Source: an uncultured bacterium
GTDB lineage: Bacteria > Pseudomonadota > Gammaproteobacteria > Burkholderiales > Burkholderiaceae_F
Direction of reading: 5' to 3'
Assembly (NCBI GenBank): GCA_905215795.1
Contig: CAJMRV010000001.1
Coordinates: forward strand, 1 to 38,379
DNA: 38,379 nucleotides
Shown: piece after piece, positions 8,031 through 20,301 of the stretch
How the letters are laid out: each line of letters starts with the position of its first letter
Numbering within the stretch: the stretch's first letter is position 1
Translations under genes and position numbers: made by a program
The notes under the pieces: model-generated
Database searches by the model: none
Told to the model about the DNA's origin: nothing
What the model saw: the letters and a program-made list of their open reading frames with translations, nothing else

Positions 8031-10049
8031 TCAAATACTCATGGGGTCCACCTCGAGCGCCCAGTCCACGGGGCCGCAGTGCTTGAACTCCTCGACCCAC
8101 CGCCAGAGGAAGCCGTTGAGGTCGTTTCTGTTGTCCGCCTCGACGAGGAGCTGCGCGCGTTCGCGCCCCTGGAGCCTCACCATGAGCATCGGAACGGCGT
8201 CGTAGAGCCTCGTCGTGCCCGAGAGGAGCGGTTCGCCCCGCTCGATGGCGTTCCTCAGGAAGTAGAGGGCCTCCTCGAGCGTGTCCGCGCTCGCCGTGAG
8301 GAGCGCCTGGTGCACGAAGGGAGGCGCCCAGTTCTCCTTCCTCTCGGCCATGAGGTCGTTGGCGAAGCGTTCGTAGTCCTGGGCGGCCAGGTGTTCGAAG
8401 AAGACGTCGGTCGGATAGCGGGTCTGAACGATCACCCGCCCCCTCTCAGAGCGGCGTCCGGCGCGGCCGGAGACCTGCATGAGCGTCGAGAAGAGGTGTT
8501 CGCGGGCCCGCATGTCCGGGCTCAGGAGCTGGGCGTCGGTCTGGAGGATCACGACGAGGCCGACGTTGTCGAAGTCGTGCCCCTTGGCGATCATCTGGGT
8601 GCCGACGAGGATGTCCACCTCGCCGTTGTGGACGCGGGCGAAGGCCTGCTCGGCCTTCTTCTTGCCCGTGACGGCGTCGCGGTCGATACGCATCACGGTG
8701 CGCCCCGGGAAGAGCTCCTCGAGCTCCTCCTCGATCCTTTCGGTGCCGCGCCCCTTGGGCAGGACGTCGACGTTGCCGCAGTTCGGGCAGGCCTTCGGAA
8801 CGGGCGTCGAGGTGCCGCAGTGGTGGCAGATCATCCGGCCCATCGACTTGTGGAAGACCGGGAAGGTCGAGCAGTGCTCGCAGGTGCACACCCAGCCGCA
8901 GGACGGACAGGCCACCGAGGTGGAGTAGCCGCGTCGGTTGAGGAAGACGAGGACCTGGCGTCCCTGCTGGAGCGTCTTGTCGATCTCGACGAGGGTCATC
9001 TCCGAGAGGCAGCCCTTCTCATGGAACTTCGGCTCGGGAAAGAGCTCGAGCGTGGGGAGGTGCGACTCCGCCACGGCGCGGTTCTTCAGGTCGAGGCGCC
9101 GGTAGGCGCCGGAGGCGGCGTTCGCCCAGGTCTCAAGGCTCGGCGTGGCGGATCCGAGGACCACCGGGCAGCGGTTCCTCTGGCCGCGGAGCACGGCGAG
9201 GTCGCGCGCGGAGAAGCGCGCGCCGTCGTTGGCCTTGAAGCTCGTGTCGTGCTCCTCGTCGACGATCACGAGGGAGAGCTTCTTGAACGAGGTGAAGATC
9301 GAGAGGCGCGTGCCCACGACGATCCTCGCGCGGCCCTCGTGGGCGGCAAGCCAGGCCCCGGCGCGTGCGCCGTCGGCGAGTTCGGAGTGAAGGGAGACGG
9401 TCTCCACCCCGGGGAAACGGGCCCGGACGCGGGCCTCGAGCTGCGGGGTGAGGTTGATTTCAGGGACGAGGAGCAGGACCTGGGTCTCGGGGTCGCGCGC
9501 GAGGGCCTCCTCCATGAGGCGCAGGTACACCTCTGTCTTCCCGGAACCGGTGACGCCGAAGAGGACCGACGTGGTGAAGCCCGCATCGAAGTCGACGGCT
9601 TCGAAGGCGGCCTGCTGTTCGGGCGTGAGCCGCGGGGGTTCGGAGGGTTCGACGGGCGTGCGCTCGACGGGCGCGCGCATGCGCTTGAAGCGCTTCTCCT
9701 GGGTGGCCGAGGGCTTCGCCTTGAGCCAGTTCGGGATGGCGCTCATCGCCACCTCGCCCCAGCCTCGCACGTAGTACTGGGCCGTGAAGCGGGTGAGTCC
9801 GAGCCATTCGCGTCCGAGCGGGGGCATGTCCTTGAGCACGGCGAGGATCGAGCGCAGGCGCCCCTTCGTGAAGGCGGACTCGTCGCCGATCGAGACGACG
9901 ATGCCCACGCACTTCCTCGTGCGCACCATGACGACGACGCGGTCGCCGGGGGCGACGAGCATGTCCTCCGGAATACGGTAGTCGAGGCATCCCATCCCGG
10001 GGACGTCGACGATGACCTTAGCGATCTGCAAGGCGTTGTTTCCGGACAC
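8031..10049 (-). CDS. priA: Primosomal protein N' (replication restart helicase)
   Basis: GVTGSGKTEVY, LVPEINLTPQ, DEEHD, GSATPSLE, LNRRGY, four CxxC pairs, GTQMIAKGHDF, QVSGRAGR. GTG start with AAAGGA RBS. Confidence 0.98.
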   Translation of the reverse strand: MSGNNALQIAKVIVDVPGMGCLDYRIPEDMLVAPGDRVVVMVRTRKCVGIVVSIGDESAFTKGRLRSILAVLKDMPPLGREWLGLTRFTAQYYVRGWGEVAMSAIPNWLKAKPSATQEKRFKRMRAPVERTPVEPSEPPRLTPEQQAAFEAVDFDAGFTTSVLFGVTGSGKTEVYLRLMEEALARDPETQVLLLVPEINLTPQLEARVRARFPGVETVSLHSELADGARAGAWLAAHEGRARIVVGTRLSIFTSFKKLSLVIVDEEHDTSFKANDGARFSARDLAVLRGQRNRCPVVLGSATPSLETWANAASGAYRRLDLKNRAVAESHLPTLELFPEPKFHEKGCLSEMTLVEIDKTLQQGRQVLVFLNRRGYSTSVACPSCGWVCTCEHCSTFPVFHKSMGRMICHHCGTSTPVPKACPNCGNVDVLPKGRGTERIEEELEELFPGRTVMRIDRDAVTGKKKAEQAFARVHNGEVDILVGTQMIAKGHDFDNVGLVVILQTDAQLLSPDMRAREHLFSTLMQVSGRAGRRSERGRVIVQTRYPTDVFFEHLAAQDYERFANDLMAERKENWAPPFVHQALLTASADTLEEALYFLRNAIERGEPLLSGTTRLYDAVPMLMVRLQGRERAQLLVEADNRNDLNGFLWRWVEEFKHCGPVDWALEVDPMSI

Positions 10050-10077
10050 GGCGTTTCCTTTTAAAAGTGCTCAGGGT

Positions 10078-10276
10078 TGTGAATAACTTTGTGGATTACT
10101 TGGAACTCAATAAGAGAAAACCATAGTTTTCTTTTACTTGACAAGTGCTTCCGTTTCGAAAGCCAGGTTTTCGAGCCCCTACTGCACAGGGGTTCAGAGA
10201 CAATTAAAGCTTTCGGGCTGTCACACCCGAAAGCTTATCGCATTCAATCACGACGGGTCCGAAGACCTGTGCATAA
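10078..10276. promoter_or_regulatory. DnaA-box group in the hemE-priA spacer
   Basis: TGTGAATAA 10078-10086, TGTGGATTA 10090-10098 and TGTGCATAA 10268-10276; two match TTATNCACA exactly. Confidence 0.7.
10207..10236. terminator. Stem-loop after hemE
   Basis: AAGCTTTCGGG-CTGTCACA-CCCGAAAGCTT perfect 11-bp inverted repeat. Confidence 0.5.
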
Positions 10277-10287
10277 CTTGAATTCCA

Positions 10288-11361
10288 TCAGGCCTCTTCG
10301 TGGAGGTGACGCGAGTATTCGTGCACTTCGTCGACGAGGATCTGGACGTTCTCCACGGGGGTGAACTGGTTGATGCCGTGGCCGAGGTTGAAGACGTGGC
10401 CGCCCTTGCCGACGGGACCGTAGCCGTCGAGGACGCGGCGGGCTTCGCGGCGGATCGTCTCCTCGTTGCCGAAGAGCACGAACGGGTCGAGGTTGCCCTG
10501 AAGGGCGACCGAGTCGCCGACCTCGCGGCGGGCGCGGGCCATGTTGACGGTCCAGTCCAGACCGACCGCGGAGCAGCCGATGCCGGCGATCTCGCGGATC
10601 CACTCGCCGCCGTTCTTGGTGAAGACGATCGAGGGGATGGTCTCGCCGTCGTGAACCTTGATGAGGCCGTCGACGACCTTCTTGGTGTAGGCGAGCGAGA
10701 AGCGCTGGAAATCGTTGTCGGCGAGCATGCCGCCCCACGTGTCGAAGATCTGCACGGCCTGGGCGCCCGCTTCGATCTGGGCGTTCAGGTAGCGGGTGAC
10801 GGCGCGGGCGTTCACGTCGAGGATCTTCTCGAAGAGGTCAGGGCGCGTGTACATCATCGTCTTGACGGTGCGGAAGTCGCGGCTGCCGCGGCCCTCGACC
10901 ATGTAGCAGGCCAGGGTGAACGGGGAGCCCGAGAAGCCGATGAGCGGGACGCGGCCGTCAAGGGCCTTCCTGATGCTCGAAACGGCGTCGACGACGTAGC
11001 GGAGTTCTTCATGGGGATCCGGGACGAAGAGCGCCTCGACGGCCTCCTCGCTCTGGACGGGCTTGGCGAAGACGGGACCCTGGCCGGTCACGAACGAGAG
11101 GCCCAGGCCCATCGCATCGGGAACCGTGAGGATGTCCGAGAAGAGGATCGCGGCGTCCAGGCCGAAGCGGTCGATCGGCTGGAGGGTCACTTCCGTGGCG
11201 TATTCAGGACTCTTGGCGAGGTCCATGAAGCTCCCGGCCTTGGCCCGGCTGGCGCGGTACTCTTCGAGATAACGCCCGGCCTGGCGCATGAGCCAGACGG
11301 GGGTGAAATCAGTCTTCTTTCTTTCAAGAGCACGCAAAAAGGTATCGTTGGCTGGTTTCAT
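10288..11361 (-). CDS. hemE: Uroporphyrinogen decarboxylase
   Basis: [38 protein letters not shown] 11361 has a GGAG RBS; 11373 is the alternative start. Confidence 0.98.
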   Translation of the reverse strand: MKPANDTFLRALERKKTDFTPVWLMRQAGRYLEEYRASRAKAGSFMDLAKSPEYATEVTLQPIDRFGLDAAILFSDILTVPDAMGLGLSFVTGQGPVFAKPVQSEEAVEALFVPDPHEELRYVVDAVSSIRKALDGRVPLIGFSGSPFTLACYMVEGRGSRDFRTVKTMMYTRPDLFEKILDVNARAVTRYLNAQIEAGAQAVQIFDTWGGMLADNDFQRFSLAYTKKVVDGLIKVHDGETIPSIVFTKNGGEWIREIAGIGCSAVGLDWTVNMARARREVGDSVALQGNLDPFVLFGNEETIRREARRVLDGYGPVGKGGHVFNLGHGINQFTPVENVQILVDEVHEYSRHLHEEA

Positions 11362-11532
11362 GAAGCTCTCCATTCAGAGTCGGTATGTGTGGGGCTTTGA
11401 GGAATTCCGGTTGGCGCGGACGTTCCATACGGCGACGGCCCTTCCGCGCAGGGCGAAAAGGCCATCGGGGTTGTTCCGCGGAGATTCTCTCGTTATTGCG
11501 GAACAGTTTAATCGAGCATCCCTAAATGAAAC

Positions 11533-11934
11533 TTAACGGACGATCAGGACGGGACGGTCGGCCTGGTGCAGGACCTTCTGGGTTTCGCTGCCCAGGAGGA
11601 AGGAGCCGATCGTGCCGAGGCCGCGGCTCGCCATGACGATGAACTTCACGTCGTGGTCGCGCGCGCAGCGCAGGACGGCCTTGGAGACCGCGTCCGAGTG
11701 GACGACCTCGACCTCGCAGGGCACGTGCTTTTCCTTGGCCTTGCGTTCGATCACGGCCAGGTGCTCGCGCACGCAGGGTTCCTCGTGTTCGGGCACGCCC
11801 TCGATCTTGTCGACCACGCAGGTCATGCCGACGAGTTCGGCGCCGAGTTTCTGAGCCAGTTCGACGGCGGTGTCGATCGCCTTGTCGCTCAAGGGGGAGC
11901 CATCGGTCGAGACCATGATTTTTGCAACGCCCAT
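11533..11934 (-). CDS. Universal stress protein (UspA family), 133 aa
   Basis: IMVSTDGSPLS, IVMASRG and LLGSETQKVLHQADRPVLIVR. Start reset to ATG 11934 behind AAGGAG. Confidence 0.94.
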   Translation of the reverse strand: MGVAKIMVSTDGSPLSDKAIDTAVELAQKLGAELVGMTCVVDKIEGVPEHEEPCVREHLAVIERKAKEKHVPCEVEVVHSDAVSKAVLRCARDHDVKFIVMASRGLGTIGSFLLGSETQKVLHQADRPVLIVR

Positions 11935-12111
11935 ACGTTTCTCCTTGTATTGATTCTGATTGTTCACGTCGGCGGAATCCACCGCCGTAGAGGGCCGGGG
12001 AACCGCATCGGTGTCCCGCGGAGGCGCGTTCCAGGTGGAAAAGAGGTGCGCCGGACGGCCCGGGAGGGACGTCCCTGAAACTATCGTACTCTTTATTCGG
12101 ACGACGGGGGT

Positions 12112-12144
12112 AAAAAAAGGCGATGCCGGGGGCATCGCCTTTTT
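12112..12144 (-). terminator. Intrinsic terminator of the atp operon
   Basis: A7-GGCGATGCC-GGG-GGCATCGCC-T5, 16 bp past the atpC stop. Confidence 0.85.
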
Positions 12145-12160
12145 CATTGCTCACGTCAAA

Positions 12161-12580
12161 TCAGCGGTTCTGACGAATCTTCTTGATCACGGCGAGCTGA
12201 GCAGCCAGCGTGGCGATCTCAGCTTCAACCTTGGCCAGTTCGATATCGCCCTCGACCTTGCCCAGCTGGGCCTTGGCCTCTTCAAGAGCGCGAGTCGTGC
12301 GGGCTTCGTCCAGGTCCTTGCTGCGGACGGCGGTGTCGGCGAGGACCGTCACGACCGTCGGCTGGACTTCAAGCACGCCGCCGGCGACGAAGATCTGTTC
12401 GACTTCGTTCTGTCCGGGGACGTGGATGCGAACCATACCGGGACGAATCAAGGTAATCAAGGGTTCATGCCCAGGCAGAATACCCAATTCGCCAGACGTA
12501 CCGGGCAGCGACACGAGTTCAGCGTCTCCAGAGAAGATGGACTCTTCAGCGCTAACGACGCGGACCTTAATAGTTGCCAT
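12161..12580 (-). CDS. atpC: ATP synthase epsilon subunit
   Basis: [30 protein letters not shown]. Start reset to MATIKV at 12580. Confidence 0.97.
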   Translation of the reverse strand: MATIKVRVVSAEESIFSGDAELVSLPGTSGELGILPGHEPLITLIRPGMVRIHVPGQNEVEQIFVAGGVLEVQPTVVTVLADTAVRSKDLDEARTTRALEEAKAQLGKVEGDIELAKVEAEIATLAAQLAVIKKIRQNR

Positions 12581-12646
12581 TTTGTTGCTCCGTTTGTCAG
12601 GCGCCTGTACACCGCGCGCCCTGGCGGGCGCGTGGTGCAGCAAGCA

Positions 12647-14065
<1,419 letters not shown>

Positions 14066-14079
14066 TTATCGATACGTAA

Positions 14080-14970
14080 TTAAGACACGGCGGCGGCACC
14101 ACCGACGATTTCGGTGATTTCCTTCGTAATGCCGGCCTGACGAGTCTTGTTATAGACAAGCTGGAGCTCGTCGATGAGCTTCTTGGCGTTGTCCGATGCA
14201 GCCTTCATGGCGACCATGCGGGCGCTCTGCTCGGAGGCGATGTTTTCGGCGACAGCCTGGTAAACAAGACCTTCGATGTAGCGCTTGAGCACTTCCTCGA
14301 GAACCGTAACGGCGTCGGGCTCGTAGAGGTAATCCCACGAGTGCTTGCGTTCGGGTTCATCGGAGTTGTCGCTGGTGGCCAACCCTTCTTCGGTGAGCGG
14401 AAGAATCTGTTCGACGACAGGTTCCTGCTTCATAGCGTTAACGAAGCGCGAGTAGGCCAGGTAAACGCGGTCCAGCTTCCCTTCCTTGTAGGCTTCGATC
14501 TGCGCGTTGACGGCGCCGAGAAGCATTTCAAGCTGGGGACGATCGCCGAGTTGGACAACACGACTGACCACTGGCACGTTCAGGCGCTTCAGGAAGCCCA
14601 GACCCTTGTTACCAATCGCGGTGGCCTCGAGCTTGAGACCCTCGTCCGTCCATTCCTTGATCTTCTGCAAGACCAGGCGCTGGATGTTGGTGTTCAACGG
14701 ACCGGCGAGGCCCTTGTCGGTCGAGACCATGATGAGGCCGACCTTCTTGGAACCTTCCTGGAGCGTCAGGAACGGATGCTTGTACTCGGAGTTGGCCTGA
14801 GCCAGGTGAGCACAGATCGCACGGATCTGATCGCCGTAGGGGCGAACGGAGAACATCCGGTCCTGAGCCTTACGCATCTTCGAGGCCGCCACCATTTCCA
14901 TCGCTTTGGTGATCTTACGCGTGTTTTGCACGCTCTTGATCTTTCCGCGAATTTCCTTAGTACTAGGCAT
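14080..14970 (-). CDS. atpG: ATP synthase gamma subunit
   Basis: [39 protein letters not shown]. Confidence 0.99.
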   Translation of the reverse strand: MPSTKEIRGKIKSVQNTRKITKAMEMVAASKMRKAQDRMFSVRPYGDQIRAICAHLAQANSEYKHPFLTLQEGSKKVGLIMVSTDKGLAGPLNTNIQRLVLQKIKEWTDEGLKLEATAIGNKGLGFLKRLNVPVVSRVVQLGDRPQLEMLLGAVNAQIEAYKEGKLDRVYLAYSRFVNAMKQEPVVEQILPLTEEGLATSDNSDEPERKHSWDYLYEPDAVTVLEEVLKRYIEGLVYQAVAENIASEQSARMVAMKAASDNAKKLIDELQLVYNKTRQAGITKEITEIVGGAAAVS

Positions 14971-15001
14971 AGGTTTTGGATCCTCTTGGATTCGTTAACG
15001 A

Positions 15002-16543
15002 TTAGAAAGCACCGCTCTTCTTGAACGATTCGATGGCGCCCTTCAGGGTGGCTTCGTCTTCCTTGACGAGTTCCTTCTTGGCTTCGATCGAGTCGATCAG
15101 TTCGGGGTGATGCATCTTGATGTATTCGCGCATGCCGCGTTCGACACGGAGGGCATCGGCGACGGCGACGTCGTCGAAGGCACCCATGTTCACGGCGTAG
15201 AGCACGAGGGCTTCTTCCCAGACCTGGAGAGGCTGGTACTGAGGCTGCTTCATGAGTTCGGTCACCACCTTGCCGCGTTCAAGCTGCTTGCGGGTCACTT
15301 CGTCCAAGTCGGAGGCGAACTGAGCGAAAGCGGCGAGTTCACGGTACTGGGCCAGAGCAAGACGGACACCGCCGCCGAGCTTCTTGATGATCTTCGTCTG
15401 GGCGGCGCCACCGACGCGGGAAACCGAAATACCCGGGTTGATAGCGGGGCGGATACCAGCGTTGAAGAGGTCCGTTTCCAGGAAGATCTGGCCGTCGGTA
15501 ATCGAAATGACGTTCGTCGGAACGAACGCGGTCACGTCGCCGGCCTGGGTTTCAATGATCGGCAGAGCGGTCATCGAGCCCGTGCGGCCCTTGACGGCAC
15601 CCTTGGTGAAGCGTTCCACGTAGTCCGCGTTGACGCGGGCAGCGCGTTCAAGCAGACGGGAGTGGAGGTAGAACACGTCACCAGGGTAGGCTTCACGTCC
15701 CGGCGGACGACGAAGCAGAAGGGAGATCTGACGATAAGCCCAAGCCTGCTTGGTCAAGTCGTCATAAACAATGAGGGAGTCCTGGCCGCGGTCGCGGAAG
15801 TACTCGCCCATCGTGGCGCCGGCGTAAGGAGCGATGTACTGCATCGCGGCGGATTCAGAGGCCGTGGCGGCGACGATGATGGTGTAGTCCATGGCACCGT
15901 GCTGCTCGAGCTTGCGAACGACGTTCGCAATCGTGGAGGCCTTCTGACCGATAGCCACGTAAACGCAGATCAGGTCCTTGCCCTTCTGGTTGATGATGGT
16001 GTCGATGGCGATGGCGGTCTTGCCGGTCTGGCGGTCGCCAATGATCAGTTCACGCTGGCCGCGGCCGATCGGGATCATGGAGTCGATGGACTTCATGCCG
16101 GTCTGGACAGGCTGCGAGACGGACTGGCGGTCGATCACGCCGGGAGCCACCTTCTCGACAACGTCGAATTCCTTGGCTTCAATCGGGCCCTTGCCGTCGA
16201 TCGGCTGACCGAGGGCGTTCACGACGCGGCCGATCAGTTCCGGACCAACCGGGACCTGGAGGATGCGGCCCGTCGTCTTGACGATGTCGCCTTCCGTGAT
16301 GTGCTCGTAGGAGCCGAGAATCACGGCGCCGACGGAGTCACGTTCGAGGTTGAGAGCCAAACCATAGGTGTTGTTGGGAAATTCCAACATTTCGCCCTGC
16401 ATCACGTCGCTAAGACCGTGAACACGGCAGATACCGTCCGTAACGGAAACGACGGTACCTTGAGTGCGAAGATCAGCGGAAACGCCGAGGCCTTCGATAC
16501 GCTTCTTCAGCAGTTCGCTGATTTCACTAGGATTGAGTTGCAT
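15002..16543 (-). CDS. atpA: ATP synthase alpha subunit
   Basis: [31 protein letters not shown]. Confidence 0.99.
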   Translation of the reverse strand: MQLNPSEISELLKKRIEGLGVSADLRTQGTVVSVTDGICRVHGLSDVMQGEMLEFPNNTYGLALNLERDSVGAVILGSYEHITEGDIVKTTGRILQVPVGPELIGRVVNALGQPIDGKGPIEAKEFDVVEKVAPGVIDRQSVSQPVQTGMKSIDSMIPIGRGQRELIIGDRQTGKTAIAIDTIINQKGKDLICVYVAIGQKASTIANVVRKLEQHGAMDYTIIVAATASESAAMQYIAPYAGATMGEYFRDRGQDSLIVYDDLTKQAWAYRQISLLLRRPPGREAYPGDVFYLHSRLLERAARVNADYVERFTKGAVKGRTGSMTALPIIETQAGDVTAFVPTNVISITDGQIFLETDLFNAGIRPAINPGISVSRVGGAAQTKIIKKLGGGVRLALAQYRELAAFAQFASDLDEVTRKQLERGKVVTELMKQPQYQPLQVWEEALVLYAVNMGAFDDVAVADALRVERGMREYIKMHHPELIDSIEAKKELVKEDEATLKGAIESFKKSGAF

Positions 16544-16561
16544 CTTACTGCTCCGAATTCT

Positions 16562-17113
16562 TTAAGCGGTGAGCGTCGTCTTCATCTGGGCAAGACGAGA
16601 ACGAATGGACGCGTCCAAAAGTTGATCCCCGACGCGAACAGTCAAACCGCCGATGAGTGCCGGGTTGACCGACACGATGGGCTTAAGCTGAAGTCCAGGG
16701 AACTTTTGTGAAAGGGAGACCATCAAGCTATCGAGTTGTTCTTGAGTCAATTCGAAAGCCGTCTCAACGTAGGCGTCGGCGACGCCTTCGGACGCATTTT
16801 TCAATTCACGGAATTGCCTGGCGATTTCCGACAAAGCATCCAGACGACCGTTTTCGATGATCACGCTCAAAAGCTTGGTAACCTCATCAGTAAAGGCCAC
16901 TTCGCAAGATTTCGCGATCAAGGCAAAAAGTTGATCGTCAGTCAGCCTGGGATCGCCGACCAATTTAGCGACTTGAGGATCACGAGAAATCAATGCAAGT
17001 ACATCGAGAGACTCGAGAGCCTTCGCCATATCTTCAGCGCCGGCATTACGGTCTTTAAGAGCCTGCATGAGGCCGTGAGCGTAAGGGCGCGCAATCGTCG
17101 AAAGTTCAGCCAT
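16562..17113 (-). CDS. atpH: ATP synthase delta subunit
   Basis: MAELSTIARPYA, ENGRL, LIGGLTVRVGD; operon position. Confidence 0.97.
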   Translation of the reverse strand: MAELSTIARPYAHGLMQALKDRNAGAEDMAKALESLDVLALISRDPQVAKLVGDPRLTDDQLFALIAKSCEVAFTDEVTKLLSVIIENGRLDALSEIARQFRELKNASEGVADAYVETAFELTQEQLDSLMVSLSQKFPGLQLKPIVSVNPALIGGLTVRVGDQLLDASIRSRLAQMKTTLTA

Positions 17114-17115
17114 GG

Positions 17116-17586
17116 TTAGAGCTTCGCCTTCAGTTGTTCAAGCATCTGAGCATGAACAGACTTATCTACTTCGCGGGCAAGAATCTGCTCGGCACCGGCA
17201 ACGGCGAGTTCGGCCACGTCCTTGCGGAGGGCTTCGCGGGCGTTCTGGATTTCCTGGGCAGCTTCAGCGCGAGCGTTAACAAGAATACGATCTGCGTCGA
17301 CCTGAGCCTGGGCTTTCGCTTCATCGATGATCGCCTGGGCGCGCTTTTCGCCGGCGGCGATGATCGTGGAAGCCTGGGAACGAGCGTCGGCTTCAATAGC
17401 CTTGCCCTGTTCCGTAGCAAGAGCCAAAGCCTTCTCACCGCGGTTGGCAGCAACAAGACCATCAGCAATCTTCTTTTGGCGCTCTTCGATCGCGCGGATC
17501 AAAGGCGGCCAGATGAACTTCATCGTGATTAAGGCACCGATGAAGAACACGAGCATCTGAATAAACAGAGAGGCGTTAATGTTCAT
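17116..17586 (-). CDS. atpF: ATP synthase subunit b
   Basis: [25 protein letters not shown], coiled-coil; 156 aa. Confidence 0.98.
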   Translation of the reverse strand: MNINASLFIQMLVFFIGALITMKFIWPPLIRAIEERQKKIADGLVAANRGEKALALATEQGKAIEADARSQASTIIAAGEKRAQAIIDEAKAQAQVDADRILVNARAEAAQEIQNAREALRKDVAELAVAGAEQILAREVDKSVHAQMLEQLKAKL

Positions 17587-17690
17587 TGTTGAACCCCATT
17601 ACGCCGATGGCTGCCTTTTCGCATTGGGAAAAGGCGGCACCATCGGCTTCGTCATTGAAAGAGAGACGTTCTAATTTCAACTGCCTGGAA

Positions 17691-17993
<303 letters not shown>

Positions 17994-18827
17994 TTAGTGG
18001 CTGTTGCTGACCTGCCCGATGTAGACCATGGTCAACATCGTGAAGATGAATGCCTGCAACAGAACAATCAGCACGTGGAAAATCCACCACATCAAGCCGC
18101 CAATGACTTGACCGATGCCCGCGCCGACAGCCCCGACAGGGCCAAGTTCAAGCATGAACCCGCCGAGAAGCGCAAGCAGGAAGAACAAAAGTTCACCCGC
18201 GTACATGTTGCCGAAGAGTCGCATCCCGAGGGAGACGAACTTGGCGAGGTACTCGATGATGTTCAACAGGAAGTTGAACGCCCAGAGAGCCGGATGGGAG
18301 CCGAACGGGTGCGTGAAGAGGGACTTCACGTAGCCGCCGACGCCGTTGGTCTTGATACCGAAGTAGAAGAGCAACAGCAACACGCCGAGCGACATGCCGA
18401 GCGAACCGTTGAGGTCAGCCGTGGGCAGGGGGCGCAGGTGTTCGAGTCCGACAGCACCGGCCATCACAGGGAAAAGATCAACCGGAATCAAGTCGATGGC
18501 GTTCATCAACGTGACCCAGCAGAAAACGGTCAAAGCGAGCGGAGCGACATAGGAGACGTCGCCATGCACGATGGTCTTGGCCTGGTTGTTGACCCAGCCA
18601 ACGAGCATTTCGACGGCGCACTGCCACTTGCCGGGCACGCCCGGGGTGGCCTTCTTCGCAGCCGCACGCAACACATACAACGCCACCGCCAACATCAGAA
18701 TCGAGAAGAAGATGGTGTCGTAGTTGATAACCGAGAAGTCAACAATCCCGTCCATCTTTCCGGAGGAAAGATGGGCCATGTGATGTTGAATGTATTGTGT
18801 CGCGGAAATAGGTCCGTCTTGAGACAT
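17994..18827 (-). CDS. atpB: ATP synthase subunit a
   Basis: YIQHH, MNAIDLIPVD, PTADLN, SLGMRLFGNMYAGEL, LQAFIF. Confidence 0.98.
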   Translation of the reverse strand: MSQDGPISATQYIQHHMAHLSSGKMDGIVDFSVINYDTIFFSILMLAVALYVLRAAAKKATPGVPGKWQCAVEMLVGWVNNQAKTIVHGDVSYVAPLALTVFCWVTLMNAIDLIPVDLFPVMAGAVGLEHLRPLPTADLNGSLGMSLGVLLLLFYFGIKTNGVGGYVKSLFTHPFGSHPALWAFNFLLNIIEYLAKFVSLGMRLFGNMYAGELLFFLLALLGGFMLELGPVGAVGAGIGQVIGGLMWWIFHVLIVLLQAFIFTMLTMVYIGQVSNSH

Positions 18828-18840
18828 GGAACCGATCCTC

Positions 18841-19215
18841 TCAGTTTCTCTTGAACAGAACGATGAAATAACTATTGGCCACGGCCACCAAGGTGATGAT
18901 GAACCACAGCCACCGGAGATTTTCGTAGTATCCGACGATCAGGATCATTGCGATCAGAACCATCAGAATCTTGACGCACTCACCGACCAGGACCGCGTAC
19001 GGACCGAGTCGTCGGCGAAGGGGATTATCTTTCAGAAGGATGAATGCCGCGACCAGAGCGGTGGGTACGACATAGGCCGCACCCGTCAACACGACTGTCC
19101 AAACGCCGTCCCACCCTACGAAAAAAGCGGAACAAACGCTCAGAAGCAAAATAATAACCACTTGCGCCACAAAGGCACGGATTATATCAGAGACAGCTAG
19201 CATACTACTCGCCAT
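18841..19215 (-). CDS. atpI: ATP synthase protein I
   Basis: Four hydrophobic segments, GECVKI resembling the GExxK motif, directly upstream of atpB. Start uncertain (19215 or 19203). Confidence 0.8.
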   Translation of the reverse strand: MASSMLAVSDIIRAFVAQVVIILLLSVCSAFFVGWDGVWTVVLTGAAYVVPTALVAAFILLKDNPLRRRLGPYAVLVGECVKILMVLIAMILIVGYYENLRWLWFIITLVAVANSYFIVLFKRN

Positions 19216-19374
19216 ATGCCTGCTTTTCCAATGCAAGCATTTTATTTTTTCAAAACTACCCCGACAATTCCCCAAGTTGCCCATATGGCATACTACTTAA
19301 GGGTTAGTGCCCGATAACCTACATCTATGAAAAAGAGGCCGTTCGATTCGAACATCTATTGTCGGGGGCGACCC

Positions 19375-20247
19375 TCAGCGCTGGATGTGCTCGACGATTC
19401 CCTGGAGCTGCTCGAGGTTGGCGAATTCAATGACGATCCGTCCGCGGCCCTTCTTGTTGGCCTTGAGCTTGACCACCGCGCCGAGCGTGTCGGCGAGGGA
19501 TTCCTCGAGCTTCAGGTCGTCCCGGGTCTTGATGACGACCTGCTTCTTGGCAGGTTCGCCTTCGACCGCTCGGCGCACGAGCTCCTCGGTCTGACGAACG
19601 GAGAGGCCCTTGAGGAGGACCTCCTTGGCGAGTTCGACCTGACGGGCCCCCTTGCCGCCGAGAAGCGCCCTGGCGTGCCCCATGGAGAGCTCGCCGCGCT
19701 CGACCATGGCCTTCACCTCGTCGGTGAGCTCGAGGAGCCTGAGCGCGTTCGTGGTGGCCGTGCGTGAACGTCCGAGGGCGCGCGCGGCTTCCTCGTGAGT
19801 GTACTCGAACTCGTGGATGAGGCGCTCGATGCCGAGGGCCTCCTCGATCGGGTTGAGGTCCTCGCGCTGGAGGTTCTCGATCAGGGCGACGGCGAGCGTC
19901 TTCTTGTCGTCGAAGTCCTTGACGATGACGGTGACCTTGTCCCAGCCGAGCTTCCTGACGGCGCGCCAGCGGCGTTCGCCGGCGATGATCTCGAAGCCGC
20001 CGTCGCGGTTGTCGGGACGCACGATGATCGGGCTGATCAGGCCCTGTTCACGGATCGATCCGGCGAGTTCGGCGAGCTGTTCGTCCTCGATCGTGCGCCG
20101 GGGCTGGAAGCGGCCCGGATGGAGTTCGCCGACGCCGACCTCCCTGAGGTCCTCGGTGAGCGCGTCGAATGAGATGCTCTCGTCGTCTGCGAACAGGGCG
20201 TCCAGACCCCGTCCCAATCCCCTGGGTTTCACGTTTTTCTTCGCCAT
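19375..20247 (-). CDS. parB: ParB chromosome partitioning protein
   Basis: RGLGRGLDAL, QPRR, IIAGERRWRA, LIENLQREDLNPIEEA, helix-turn-helix. Confidence 0.98.
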   Translation of the reverse strand: MAKKNVKPRGLGRGLDALFADDESISFDALTEDLREVGVGELHPGRFQPRRTIEDEQLAELAGSIREQGLISPIIVRPDNRDGGFEIIAGERRWRAVRKLGWDKVTVIVKDFDDKKTLAVALIENLQREDLNPIEEALGIERLIHEFEYTHEEAARALGRSRTATTNALRLLELTDEVKAMVERGELSMGHARALLGGKGARQVELAKEVLLKGLSVRQTEELVRRAVEGEPAKKQVVIKTRDDLKLEESLADTLGAVVKLKANKKGRGRIVIEFANLEQLQGIVEHIQR

Positions 20248-20301
20248 TTCTTTCCTTGTGTTCTATCAATCTCCCGGTGCCGTCGCGGACGGCCCGCCGT
20301 T

